Virus record (IMG/VR): IMGVR_UViG_3300017788_000031
Coordinates: 1 to 54,336 of that record
Strand: one strand, 5' to 3'
DNA from: a virus
Taxonomy: Duplodnaviria; Caudoviricetes
Length of the DNA: 54,336 nt
Shown: positions 19,849 through 27,828 of the stretch, in pieces
How the letters are laid out: each line of letters begins with the position of its first letter
Numbering within the stretch: position 1 is the first letter of the stretch
Position numbers and translations under genes: made by a program
Notes under the pieces: model-generated
Told to the model about the DNA's origin: nothing
The model's input: the letters and a program-made list of their open reading frames with translations, nothing else
Databases searched by the model: none

Positions 19849-19860
19849 AGTGCAAAGGTA

Positions 19861-20199
19861 TTAATTTATTTTGGAAACTTTTCTACCCATACCTACGCGC
19901 ATCTTCTCAGCTTTCTTCGATGCTAATTGAGATGGAGATATCTCAGACTTTGTCTTTGGTGTCTTTGAAGACACTCTTGTTGTAGGTCTGCAATATTCAT
20001 TCTTGCCACCCGCGCCACAAGCTTTACCTGTACGTGTGTCAACCCATTTCTCCTTCTCCCATCTCTTCAAAGATGTGCCCTCCGAACTCTTACGTACCGT
20101 ACCCGATTCCTTCCTACACTTTGCAATAGCCTGTGATGCTCTTGCCGATGGGAAGACATCATACTGCGCTTTTACTTTTTTGTAGCAAGCATCTTTCAT
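19861..20199 (-). CDS. Basic hypothetical protein
   Basis: 112 aa, K/R-rich; SLKRWEKEKWVD...YCRP. Confidence 0.75.
   Translation of the reverse strand: MKDACYKKVKAQYDVFPSARASQAIAKCRKESGTVRKSSEGTSLKRWEKEKWVDTRTGKACGAGGKNEYCRPTTRVSSKTPKTKSEISPSQLASKKAEKMRVGMGRKVSKIN
19959..19974. repeat. 16-bp palindrome copy inside CDS
   Basis: GTGTCTTTGAAGACAC. Confidence 0.95.
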
Positions 20200-20489
20200 C
20201 AGTACTTACCTTTTCGATTTGAAGGATTAGAAGTGGTCGCTCCACCCGAACCTGCCCACAAATGTTTGCAGGCCCAATAACGCGGAGTCAACTTATCATT
20301 GGCTGTGTCACAACTGTGTCTTGCCTTAAAACTTTTTCGTGCTGCGGCTGAGTAATTATTGCCATAGCCCTTTGCCCCAAAGTGGAGGAGCTTTTCCTCC
20401 CCATTGGAACAAGCTTTCACCATCATCTTCTTCCCCGGTCTATCCGAGGAAACAGGACGGTTACATTTCATCTTTGACTTATTAGCCAT
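20199..20489 (-). CDS. Basic hypothetical protein (start MANKSK)
   Basis: HFGAKGY...RKSFKARHSC...RYWACKHLW motif. Confidence 0.75.
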   Translation of the reverse strand: MANKSKMKCNRPVSSDRPGKKMMVKACSNGEEKLLHFGAKGYGNNYSAAARKSFKARHSCDTANDKLTPRYWACKHLWAGSGGATTSNPSNRKGKY

Positions 20490-20631
20490 TAAGAGGATGT
20501 TTAAAATCACGACTTGGATATCCGCCCGGACCTACTGTAGGCTCAGGCTTCAAACCATTTTGAGAAGGAGCACCAACAGGAGCTACAACTTCTTCCACAA
20601 CTTCTTCAACGAGACTTGGTTTCTTTGCCAT
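20482..20631 (-). CDS. Small protein (49 aa); not in ORF track
   Basis: MAKKPSLVEEVVEEVVAPVGAPSQ...; tiles between neighbours. Confidence 0.6.
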   Translation of the reverse strand: MAKKPSLVEEVVEEVVAPVGAPSQNGLKPEPTVGPGGYPSRDFKHPLNG

Positions 20632-20632
20632 T

Positions 20633-20806
20633 TTACTTTTTCTTTTTTGATTTCAACATTGCCATAAAGCCTTTCTTCTCGGCTTTCTCCATAGACTTAG
20701 ACTCGCCTTTCTCGTGAGCCATCATCGCTTTCTTTGATGAATACTTTTCCATCCCGCCATACTCAGATACCTTTCCTTTCTTAGCGGCTTTCTTAGGTGC
20801 TGCCAT
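20633..20806 (-). CDS. Small Lys-rich protein (57 aa); not in ORF track
   Basis: MAAPKKAAKKGKVSEYGGMEKYSSKKAMMAHEKGESK... Confidence 0.7.
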   Translation of the reverse strand: MAAPKKAAKKGKVSEYGGMEKYSSKKAMMAHEKGESKSMEKAEKKGFMAMLKSKKKK

Positions 20807-20810
20807 TGGA

Positions 20811-20987
20811 TTATTTCTTTTTCATTCCTTTCGCTTTCGATGTAGCCTTGAGTAGGCCACCTGATACACCTGCGGCTTTTACAGCAGCAGAGGCTGCACC
20901 TTTTTTAGCAGGAGCTTTAACCGAACCACCACCACTTGGCATCTGCATACGTGATGATGCAGGAAGACACGGAGTTGCTTTTTTCAT
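20811..20987 (-). CDS. Small Lys/Ala-rich protein (58 aa); not in ORF track
   Basis: MKKATPCLPASSRMQMPSGGGSVKAPAKKGAASAAVK... Confidence 0.65.
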   Translation of the reverse strand: MKKATPCLPASSRMQMPSGGGSVKAPAKKGAASAAVKAAGVSGGLLKATSKAKGMKKK

Positions 20988-21160
20988 CGCTTTGTTTTTT
21001 TCTTTGGTTTTAAATATTGATTTACGTCTTGGTTACCCAAGATTGCTGTTAGTCCTTTCAAGCCTTTAATCTTTGTGTTTGACTTGACCATACCTGTCTT
21101 TCTCCCGAACACACTGTCGAGAGAGTAGTTTAGATTTATGTCAGTAGATTTGCTTGGCAT
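20984..21160 (-). CDS. Small basic protein (58 aa); not in ORF track
   Basis: MPSKSTDINLNYSLDSVFGRKTG...KPKKKTKR; ATGA overlap with the next gene. Confidence 0.6.
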   Translation of the reverse strand: MPSKSTDINLNYSLDSVFGRKTGMVKSNTKIKGLKGLTAILGNQDVNQYLKPKKKTKR

Positions 21161-21165
21161 TGGAT

Positions 21166-21450
21166 TTATTTTTTCTTTCTGTCTTCTTGAGCCTGTACAG
21201 CATATGACTTCCCTTGAGGAGAGAATCCTTCTAATGTCATACCACCCTTGCCATCGCTTTTGTACATAGGAACGTACCCGCGCTCACGCATCATCTCAAT
21301 CTTTTGTTTTTGCTTCTCCTCAAAACGCATTGGAATGTTAGCCATTCTCTCACGCATTGGAGTCTTAGGAAGATTCATATCTACTCGTGTAGCATCAGCG
21401 GAAGATGTTTCTTTAGCTACTCTTTTTAATGGGTCAGTTGTCTTTTTCAT
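21166..21450 (-). CDS. Basic hypothetical protein (start MKKTTD)
   Basis: Start revised to follow TACATTTG at 21468-21475. Confidence 0.65.
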   Translation of the reverse strand: MKKTTDPLKRVAKETSSADATRVDMNLPKTPMRERMANIPMRFEEKQKQKIEMMRERGYVPMYKSDGKGGMTLEGFSPQGKSYAVQAQEDRKKK

Positions 21451-21482
21451 TTCAATTTTGTTTGATACAAATGTAGTCAAAA

Positions 21483-21752
21483 TTATTTCTTTAACGTAGG
21501 CATTTTCATAGGAGTAGAGGACGTATCCATTGCGGCCTTATAGCCTTGCTTTACATCAGCAGGCATCTCCATCTTTGGCTTGTACGCATCAGGATACTTG
21601 CTTCGATGTTTTTTCTTGGCTGTCATACTATCCATTGACGTAGTATATCCCGTCTTATCAGAGCCATACTTAAATGTACCCGATGCGTCCTGAGTTAGTT
21701 TACAGTCAGGGCAAGGGGTTGATGTTTTGTTTCGATTGGTGAGTAAAGACAT
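21483..21752 (-). CDS. Basic hypothetical protein (start MSLLTN)
   Basis: Start revised to follow TACATTTG at 21772-21779. Confidence 0.65.
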   Translation of the reverse strand: MSLLTNRNKTSTPCPDCKLTQDASGTFKYGSDKTGYTTSMDSMTAKKKHRSKYPDAYKPKMEMPADVKQGYKAAMDTSSTPMKMPTLKK

Positions 21753-21794
21753 ATGATTTAGCTTTGCTCTACAAATGTAATCAAATTTTATCAA

Positions 21795-22241
21795 ATGCGA
21801 AAAAGAACAAATGACTACCTCAAGTATTGGAGAGTAGTAAGACGCTACGTCAAAATCAAATACGGACTCAGCCAAGAAGACCTCGAGCTAATCCTGTTCC
21901 TCTACTCAGAAAGATATTTCACTAAGGCCAAGTTTGATGAGTTTGATGAACTGCTCAGTTGGGACAAAAAAAGATTTGGCCGCCTCGTAAAAGAAGGATG
22001 GATTGACTCGTTCAGAAAAAAGATAGGAACAAAGAGAGCCGTATATCAACTCTCGTTCAAAGCCTCACGTGTGGTCAATATGGTCTACAAGAAACTAAAC
22101 CGCGAAGAGGAGATGTCAATGAACCCAACCGTCAATCCTATGTTCAAGAAAAAAGTCTCGTTCAATGACGGGGTCTACAAAACTATGATTGTCGAAATGA
22201 ATAAGTTTATTCGACAAGAACAACGTCCCTTTCCTGAATGA
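21795..22241 (+). CDS. Putative winged-helix DNA-binding protein
   Basis: LSQEDLELILFLY...RFGRLVKEGWI...AVYQLSFKA is a MarR-like wHTH pattern. Confidence 0.6.
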   Translation: MRKRTNDYLKYWRVVRRYVKIKYGLSQEDLELILFLYSERYFTKAKFDEFDELLSWDKKRFGRLVKEGWIDSFRKKIGTKRAVYQLSFKASRVVNMVYKKLNREEEMSMNPTVNPMFKKKVSFNDGVYKTMIVEMNKFIRQEQRPFPE

Positions 22242-22464
22242 TGGTGTACTGACCGTCATTGATTATCATCGCGAAGCTGTGACCCTTGTCAAAGTAAATC
22301 TTATCGCCCTTATTGATATGAGTCACCTCAGTGCCCGGCTCAACAACAACACCCCGCTTATAGCGGAACTGATTCACGTCCTCACCCGAGAGGATTAACC
22401 CCGAGTCAGTCTTCACCTCTTCCTCTGTCGTCACAACGACAATGTATTTCCCTATTGGTTTCAT
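22207..22464 (-). CDS. groES: Co-chaperonin GroES (85 aa, start MKPIG)
   Basis: MKPIGKYIVV...KTDSGLIL...GDKIYF...IIQERDV. Confidence 0.9.
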   Translation of the reverse strand: MKPIGKYIVVVTTEEEVKTDSGLILSGEDVNQFRYKRGVVVEPGTEVTHINKGDKIYFDKGHSFAMIINDGQYTIIQERDVVLVE

Positions 22465-22468
22465 TGTA

Positions 22469-22708
22469 TCAAAATATATCAGCACACCATATCGGAGTCT
22501 TCTCTCCAACATATGCACCCTTCACGTTAAACTCAAAATGCTCAATCGCTTCCTCAAGGTCCATATCCTCATTCAAGATGTCAATACACTTTGACTCAGA
22601 ATACACAAGTCGCATAGTCGCCTCATCAACGCCAATGATGGCATCGTCAAATCCATCCGCCTTCAAGAAGGTCTCGTCAGGATAAGCCTCTACTATTTTG
22701 TCAATCAT
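22469..22708 (-). CDS. Small acidic hypothetical protein between groEL and groES
   Basis: ADGFDDAIIG...EEAIEHFEFNVKGAYVGEKTP. Confidence 0.75.
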   Translation of the reverse strand: MIDKIVEAYPDETFLKADGFDDAIIGVDEATMRLVYSESKCIDILNEDMDLEEAIEHFEFNVKGAYVGEKTPIWCADIF

Positions 22709-24333
22709 AGCGCCTCCTCCTTTGCAACCGCCTCATAACTACGAGCCATTGTGATAATTGCGTTTGTGCTCAGAATCGTAGTAGCCACACTCACCGCATT
22801 TTGCAGCGCACTACGAGTCACCTTCATCGGGTCAACTACACCCATCTCAATGAGGTCACCCATCTCACCCGTCTTTAGGTTATACCCCTCTCCATCCTTT
22901 ACGCCACCATTGTAGATGTTAGTCACACACAATCCCGCGTTCTCAAGAATCTGAGTAAGCGGAGCTTGAAGAGCTGACTGCATAATCTTCATAGCGGCCC
23001 GATATTCATCGCTTGAGTCGTCAGACAGCATATCAGTCAGGTTAATCTCAGAAAGTGCCTTCCCGGCCCCCGAAACGATTCCTTCCTCAAGCGCAGAACG
23101 TACCGCACACACCGCATCATCCACTCGGTCATATAACTCCTTCTGCTCAATGTCAGTGTTGCCACCCACAAAGATGACCCCAATGCCCCCCGTCAATGAC
23201 GCAATACGCTCCAAGATGAAATCTTTGTCAGCCTTCTTCTTAGCCACAGCGTGAGCAGACCATAACTCACTCACCCGCTCAGCAATCACCTCAGGCTTAA
23301 CCCGAGCGTCAGACTTTAGTATCACCGTCTTGTCCCTCGACACAATCACCTTAGCCGCGTGACCAAGGCTACCATAGTTGATTAGACTCAAGTCATCACC
23401 CGTCTTCTCACTAAAGTACGTAGCACCAACACTCAATGCAATATCCTGCATCAACTCGTGCTGCTTGTAACCAAAGTTAGGTGGAGCCACAGCACACACC
23501 TTCACATTCCCCTTCATCACATTCGCAGCAAGCGTGTTCACCACGTTCACATTACACGGTGAAATGATTAAAAGCTTCTTCCCCTCACTGATGATTGGCT
23601 TGAGCACATTCTCAATCTGCAAGATGTTCGATATCTCCATATCAGCAACCAACACCATCACATCCTCAAAGATGCACTCGTCCTTCTTCTGATTGTTGAT
23701 GAACAGCGGTGACAAATACCCACGGTCAAACTTCAACCCCATCGTTGTCTCCGAATACGTCTCAGAGGTCTGCGACTTCTCAACGGTAACTATGCCCGTC
23801 TTGCCAACCTCCTTGTAAACCTTCGCGATGATTGAACCTATCTCCTTGTCATTGTTCGATGAGATAGTAGCTACATCAAGAAGCATTGAACTCGAAAGCT
23901 TCTTGCTCTTCTTCTTCAACTTGTCCACCACCTTGTCCGTTATCTCCACCATATGACGCAAGACCTGCGTCCGATTATGCTTCTCAGTAATATGCTCAAG
24001 ACCCCCAAGAACCAAAGCCTCCGTCAACACAATGGCCGTTGTCGTGCCATCACCCGCTGCCGTTGCCGTCCTGTCTGCCGCCTCCCGCATCATCCGAACC
24101 GCAAGGTTCTCTGTCGGGTCGAAAAGCTCAACAGCCTTCGCAACCGTTACACCATCCTTGGTCACAGTAATCCCGTGCGTATGGTGAGGCGACTCAATCA
24201 ATACAGTATTCCCGTTCGGTCCCAACGTGCTCTTTACAGCACGAGCCATCTTCGTAATACCCTTTATCAACTTCTCTCTGCCATTAGCCCCAAAGTGTAA
24301 ATCCTTCGGAGAGTAACCTTGATTGTCTATCAT
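22705..24333 (-). CDS. groEL: Chaperonin GroEL (542 aa, start MIDNQG)
   Basis: TLGPNG, TKDGVTVAK, GDGTTT, GVVDPMKV; -7 element TATATTTG at 24356-24363. Confidence 0.97.
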   Translation of the reverse strand: MIDNQGYSPKDLHFGANGREKLIKGITKMARAVKSTLGPNGNTVLIESPHHTHGITVTKDGVTVAKAVELFDPTENLAVRMMREAADRTATAAGDGTTTAIVLTEALVLGGLEHITEKHNRTQVLRHMVEITDKVVDKLKKKSKKLSSSMLLDVATISSNNDKEIGSIIAKVYKEVGKTGIVTVEKSQTSETYSETTMGLKFDRGYLSPLFINNQKKDECIFEDVMVLVADMEISNILQIENVLKPIISEGKKLLIISPCNVNVVNTLAANVMKGNVKVCAVAPPNFGYKQHELMQDIALSVGATYFSEKTGDDLSLINYGSLGHAAKVIVSRDKTVILKSDARVKPEVIAERVSELWSAHAVAKKKADKDFILERIASLTGGIGVIFVGGNTDIEQKELYDRVDDAVCAVRSALEEGIVSGAGKALSEINLTDMLSDDSSDEYRAAMKIMQSALQAPLTQILENAGLCVTNIYNGGVKDGEGYNLKTGEMGDLIEMGVVDPMKVTRSALQNAVSVATTILSTNAIITMARSYEAVAKEEAL

Positions 24334-24385
24334 TTGATTGGATTTAATTATGGAGCAAATATAAACCAACTTCACAAAATAGCAA

Positions 24386-24556
24386 GATGTCGGAATGTCA
24401 AAGTTTATCCCTCCCTACTCTCTCTCTATTTCCCCTCCTTTTATTATTTATTTATATAGTAGAAACTTCTCTTAAAATCGACATAATCGACATAAATAAT
24501 AATAATCAATAAGTTAGCTAAAAAAAATCTCTCATAAAAATGACATAGTAATGTCG
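24386..24556. other. Origin-like AT-rich element, copy A
   Basis: CT-rich tract, GACAT repeats, IHF-consensus AATCAATAAGTTA at 24504-24516; similar to 36431-36590. Confidence 0.5.
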
Positions 24557-24568
24557 ATTATCTATCAT

Positions 24569-24600
24569 AAAAAAGGGAGACTCGTTAGTCTCCCTCTTTT
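24569..24600. terminator. Intrinsic terminator, probably bidirectional
   Basis: AGGGAGACT-CGTT-AGTCTCCCT flanked by an A run and a T run. Confidence 0.85.
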
Positions 24601-24622
24601 AAACAAACCGAGCATAACCACT

Positions 24623-24784
24623 TTACTTCACAATCAAAGACCATATAATCCCAATCAAAGCCATACAAGCACCAATGATGTCTGCTGACATTGCATCAGT
24701 TAAAATACCATTAGCCACCAAACAACCACCAACAAAAGTCAGAGCGTGACGGACTAATCCCATTACCTGTTCCTTGTTTACCAT
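24623..24784 (-). CDS. Small two-TM holin-like protein (53 aa); not in ORF track
   Basis: MVNKEQVMGLVRHALTFVGGCLVANG...IIWSLIVK. Confidence 0.75.
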   Translation of the reverse strand: MVNKEQVMGLVRHALTFVGGCLVANGILTDAMSADIIGACMALIGIIWSLIVK

Positions 24785-24806
24785 CGTATTAAAAGTTTAG
24801 AATTTA

Positions 24807-25034
24807 CTAATCACAACACCCACCCATCATCTCACGCATCTCCTTAATGTCATCAGCACGAAGAATAGCCTCAGCCTGCATCTCAATCTTCTGCTGACGC
24901 TTCACCTCCCTACGAGCATTCGATATCTGAGCAATACCAATCTGCCCATCTACCGCATTATTAATTAAACGACCATTCTGAACAGATAGGCCACTGCCAT
25001 AAACACTGTTCCCCGAGGTTAACTTGATTTTCAT
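24807..25034 (-). CDS. Hypothetical protein (75 aa, start MKIKLT)
   Basis: Start revised to follow TACCTTTG at 25060-25067; the longer ORF-track version runs into non-coding GC-rich DNA. Confidence 0.7.
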   Translation of the reverse strand: MKIKLTSGNSVYGSGLSVQNGRLINNAVDGQIGIAQISNARREVKRQQKIEMQAEAILRADDIKEMREMMGGCCD

Positions 25035-25084
25035 ATCGTAAATTTTTATTAGTTCACAACAAAGGTAATCATTTTTTTGAGATA

Positions 25085-25390
25085 CGTAGGGGTTCGGGGT
25101 AACCCCCCACGGCACGCTCGCCACCCCCCTCGCGGAAGTGCCCCTCGAGCAAGGGGGTGGGGGTCGGTTTTGGTCGCCCCCTGTGGACGTTTTTGGCTTT
25201 TTGCCCTGCGCCACCTGCACCCCCATAGCCCCCTGCCCGACAGGCAGTGCACCGATATAGGTGCACCGCCCTGCACCCGTCACCGCGTCCCCCTGTCACC
25301 CCCTCCGCCCCCCTCCGTCCCCCTGTGGAGTGTCTTCAAAGACACGGCAGGAGCGGTGAGAGATGGGGCTACACCCCTGCACCCCCCGTC
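25085..25390. other. GC-rich non-coding divergence region with G/C tracts; candidate genome end or packaging site
   Basis: Many C4-C6 runs; transcription diverges from here. Confidence 0.5.
25330..25345. repeat. 16-bp palindrome copy
   Basis: GTGTCTTCAAAGACAC. Confidence 0.95.
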
Positions 25391-25408
25391 AGTACTCACT
25401 CACAGCAT

Positions 25409-25488
25409 TGTTAATAACTTTGTTGATATCGAAATGCATTTTTATGCATAAACATATTTCGTAACCGACTGCGAATACACTATATTTG
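25409..25488 (+). promoter_or_regulatory. First early promoter with upstream TGTTAATAACTT box
   Basis: TATATTTG at 25481-25488, box at 25409-25420, hairpin CAGTCCG/CGGGCTG just downstream. Confidence 0.65.
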
Positions 25489-25548
25489 CACCGCAGTCCG
25501 ACGGACGGGCTGTATGAAATAACATAACACATTCAAAATCAACACATT

Positions 25549-26202
25549 ATGAGTAACTTATTAGCAATCGAGGAGGCTTTCCTCAACAACCCACAGGTAA
25601 AAGCAGGTATGAACCTACAGGAACTGACGGCACTGCAACGTGCAATGGGCAAGACTGAAAAGAAGTCGTTTGAGCAGTCGTTACAGCTCTCAACCATAGC
25701 CGCCAAGGCTTGGCAGTGGGTTAACAGCGAAGAGGGCAAAGCCCTGTGCGAAGAAGAGGGCGTGACGTTCACCAAAGAGGCATTGGGAGAGAAAGTGTTC
25801 AACCGCAAAAAGTCGTTTTTCTGCAAGTTGGTAAAGGCAGGTGAGCTGAGCACAGAGGTGGTTGATACGTTCAACGCCAAGTGCGATGAGGCTGAGAGAG
25901 CAGGTGAGAAGCCTGTGCGCAGTATTGAAAGCCTTTTGAAGTTTGCCAAGGCGGTGGAAAGTGGAACAGAGAGCGGTGGACAAGGCGAAGAGGGTGAGGG
26001 TGAGGGTGGCGAAGAGGCCGCAATTGAGGTACGTACAGAGACCCTGTTCACATTCACTTTCAAAAACCCCGAAGGGGCAAACGTAGCAGTGCGCATCGAC
26101 TCTGAGGGCAACGTGAAGAGCACCAACAGCCGCGAAGAGGTGTTGGAGGCCGTACGCCTGTTCACTACCAAGTACAAGTACGCAAACAACGCAAACGCAT
26201 AA
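25549..26202 (+). CDS. Early hypothetical protein
   Basis: 217 aa with an A-rich leader and an acidic Gly/Glu linker. Confidence 0.8.
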   Translation: MSNLLAIEEAFLNNPQVKAGMNLQELTALQRAMGKTEKKSFEQSLQLSTIAAKAWQWVNSEEGKALCEEEGVTFTKEALGEKVFNRKKSFFCKLVKAGELSTEVVDTFNAKCDEAERAGEKPVRSIESLLKFAKAVESGTESGGQGEEGEGEGGEEAAIEVRTETLFTFTFKNPEGANVAVRIDSEGNVKSTNSREEVLEAVRLFTTKYKYANNANA

Positions 26203-26213
26203 ACATAAACCAC

Positions 26214-26239
26214 GGGTGGTGTCTTCAAAGACACTGCCC
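26214..26239 (+). repeat. Palindrome hairpin (core 26219-26234) without a ribozyme
   Basis: GGGTG-GTGTCTTCAAAGACAC-TGCCC; the extension uses G-U pairs on the plus strand. Confidence 0.9.
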
Positions 26240-26259
26240 ACTTAAAACACACACACCAA

Positions 26260-27177
26260 ATGAGCACAGGGATTATCTACAGCCTTACAGGCGAACTGAA
26301 CAGGGGTCGCGTACACGGATACCACCACAAGCCCGACCCGTTGAAACTGAACAAGACCCCTCACAAGTATGACGTGAGCGGACTCAAGTCAAAGGACGTG
26401 CGCAACATTCTGAACTATCAAGTAAGCGCACACGCTATGGGCTACGAAAGCCGATTTACCATAGGCTTTGAGGTTGAAAAGACAAGCCTACACCGCAACA
26501 GCGTGCGCGAATATGAGTTATTCTGCGGCTTTGAAACTGACGCTTCGTGCGGTTATGAGGCTGTAAGTCACATACTGCCCTTACTTCCTGCGGGTACGTG
26601 GCGCACAAAGGTGTACGATATGATACACAAGGCCGCACCCGTCATCGAAGACAGCTACAGCCCGTCAAACGCGAGCTGTGGGGGTCACATAACTATCGGT
26701 GTTGACGGGATGACAGGGGATGAGATTTTGGAGGCTGTACGACCTTACAGCGGCATAGTGTTGGCCTTGTTTCGCTACAGGCTCAAAAATAGGTATTGCG
26801 GAAACAACACGAATATGCGCACAGAGTCAGAGGGTCGCGACACGTGGTTTAATGCCAATGACTCGCTCCTGTACGCAAGTAGCCGCTATCAGTTGGCATT
26901 GACTAAGGGCAAATTGCTCGAGTTTCGAGTGGTGAGCCGTGTCGAGAGTGTCAAACAACTGATGAGACGCTACGAGCTGTTCTATGAACTTGTTGACTTT
27001 GCAGTGAACACGAAGGGCAGTGCGGCAAGTTTCAACAAGAAAATTCGCTCGATAGTGTTGGCAATGTATGGCGGCAATGCGAGGGAGGCCGAAAAAATAT
27101 TCGACTACGCTAAGCACTTTCAGAAATTTCTGAACACGGGTATCATACACGACTCAATCAAAAAGTTTCTTTTCTAA
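26260..27177 (+). CDS. Putative amidoligase (COOH-NH2 ligase, glutamine synthetase-like fold)
   Basis: IGFEVE, DASCGYEAVSHIL, SCGGHIT and LEFR motifs. Confidence 0.8.
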   Translation: MSTGIIYSLTGELNRGRVHGYHHKPDPLKLNKTPHKYDVSGLKSKDVRNILNYQVSAHAMGYESRFTIGFEVEKTSLHRNSVREYELFCGFETDASCGYEAVSHILPLLPAGTWRTKVYDMIHKAAPVIEDSYSPSNASCGGHITIGVDGMTGDEILEAVRPYSGIVLALFRYRLKNRYCGNNTNMRTESEGRDTWFNANDSLLYASSRYQLALTKGKLLEFRVVSRVESVKQLMRRYELFYELVDFAVNTKGSAASFNKKIRSIVLAMYGGNAREAEKIFDYAKHFQKFLNTGIIHDSIKKFLF

Positions 27178-27192
27178 GGTTGACAGGGGCGA

Positions 27193-27208
27193 GTGTCTTC
27201 AAAGACAC
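27193..27208. repeat. 16-bp palindrome ahead of hammerhead 1
   Basis: GTGTCTTCAAAGACAC. Confidence 0.95.
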
Positions 27209-27213
27209 CGCCC

Positions 27214-27267
27214 TCCTGTCCACAGGTAGTTGCCTGTGCTGATGAGTCCACGAAGGACGAAACAGGA
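27214..27267 (+). ncRNA. Type III hammerhead ribozyme 1; predicted cut after GUC at 27220
   Basis: TCCTGT-C, stem I CACAGG/CCTGTG, CTGATGA, stem II GTCC-ACGAA-GGAC, GAAA, CAGGA. Confidence 0.95.
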
Positions 27268-27285
27268 ACACAAATACAATTTAAT

Positions 27286-27498
27286 ATGACAACAACAACA
27301 AACAATTTTGGTGAAAAGGTTACAAAGTGGGAAAGCACTAAGCACCCTACTAACCCTAATTTTATGCAGCGCGTTTTTTGGACAGTATGGGAAAAGCCTG
27401 ATGGGAAAGTTAGTGTTGGTTACAAGTTGGACGGCAATGGCAAAACTTGGTTTTTATACAACCTAACTAAAGATGAAGCAATTGAAAGATATAGTTAA
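27286..27498 (+). CDS. Hypothetical protein (70 aa, start MTTTTN)
   Basis: Start revised to the ATG after the ribozyme. Confidence 0.7.
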   Translation: MTTTTNNFGEKVTKWESTKHPTNPNFMQRVFWTVWEKPDGKVSVGYKLDGNGKTWFLYNLTKDEAIERYS

Positions 27499-27646
27499 GC
27501 AAGGCGGCAAACGAAAAGGGGCAGGTCGAAAACCTGCTCCTTACCAAACCAAAACTATTGCCTTTCGTGTCCGTGCCGAATGGGTTCAAGTGATAAAGTC
27601 AACGGTAAAAGCTAAAGTTGCGGAGTTGTCGCAAAATAGCAGCTAA
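27473..27646 (+). CDS. Small DNA-binding-like protein (57 aa); not in ORF track
   Basis: GGKRKGAGRKP followed by a TIAFRV strand and a helix (ribbon-helix-helix-like). Confidence 0.65.
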   Translation: MKQLKDIVKQGGKRKGAGRKPAPYQTKTIAFRVRAEWVQVIKSTVKAKVAELSQNSS

Positions 27647-27828
27647 CGACACAGCACTTGCAGTGCTTTTACTTGACTACGCGCTGTGGTTGTCGGGTGC
27701 TCAGAATGATATGAGCATAAACCCACAGGCGAACGGGTCAATGTACCACGCAACGCCACCGCCCACACCTGTGCAGTGGTAGTGCACAGCCCTGTGCAAT
27801 GAGCACCCCGAAGCTAACAACAACGGGG

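Noticed and set aside
25049-25451. Several overlapping ORF-track ORFs across the GC-rich junction
   Set aside because: These are Pro/Gly/Arg-rich translations of G/C tracts that lack stops by composition; no leader signals.
27193-27285. ORF-track N-terminal extensions starting at 27193 and 28720
   Set aside because: They translate through the palindrome and/or hammerhead; downstream ATGs with A-rich leaders are the better starts.
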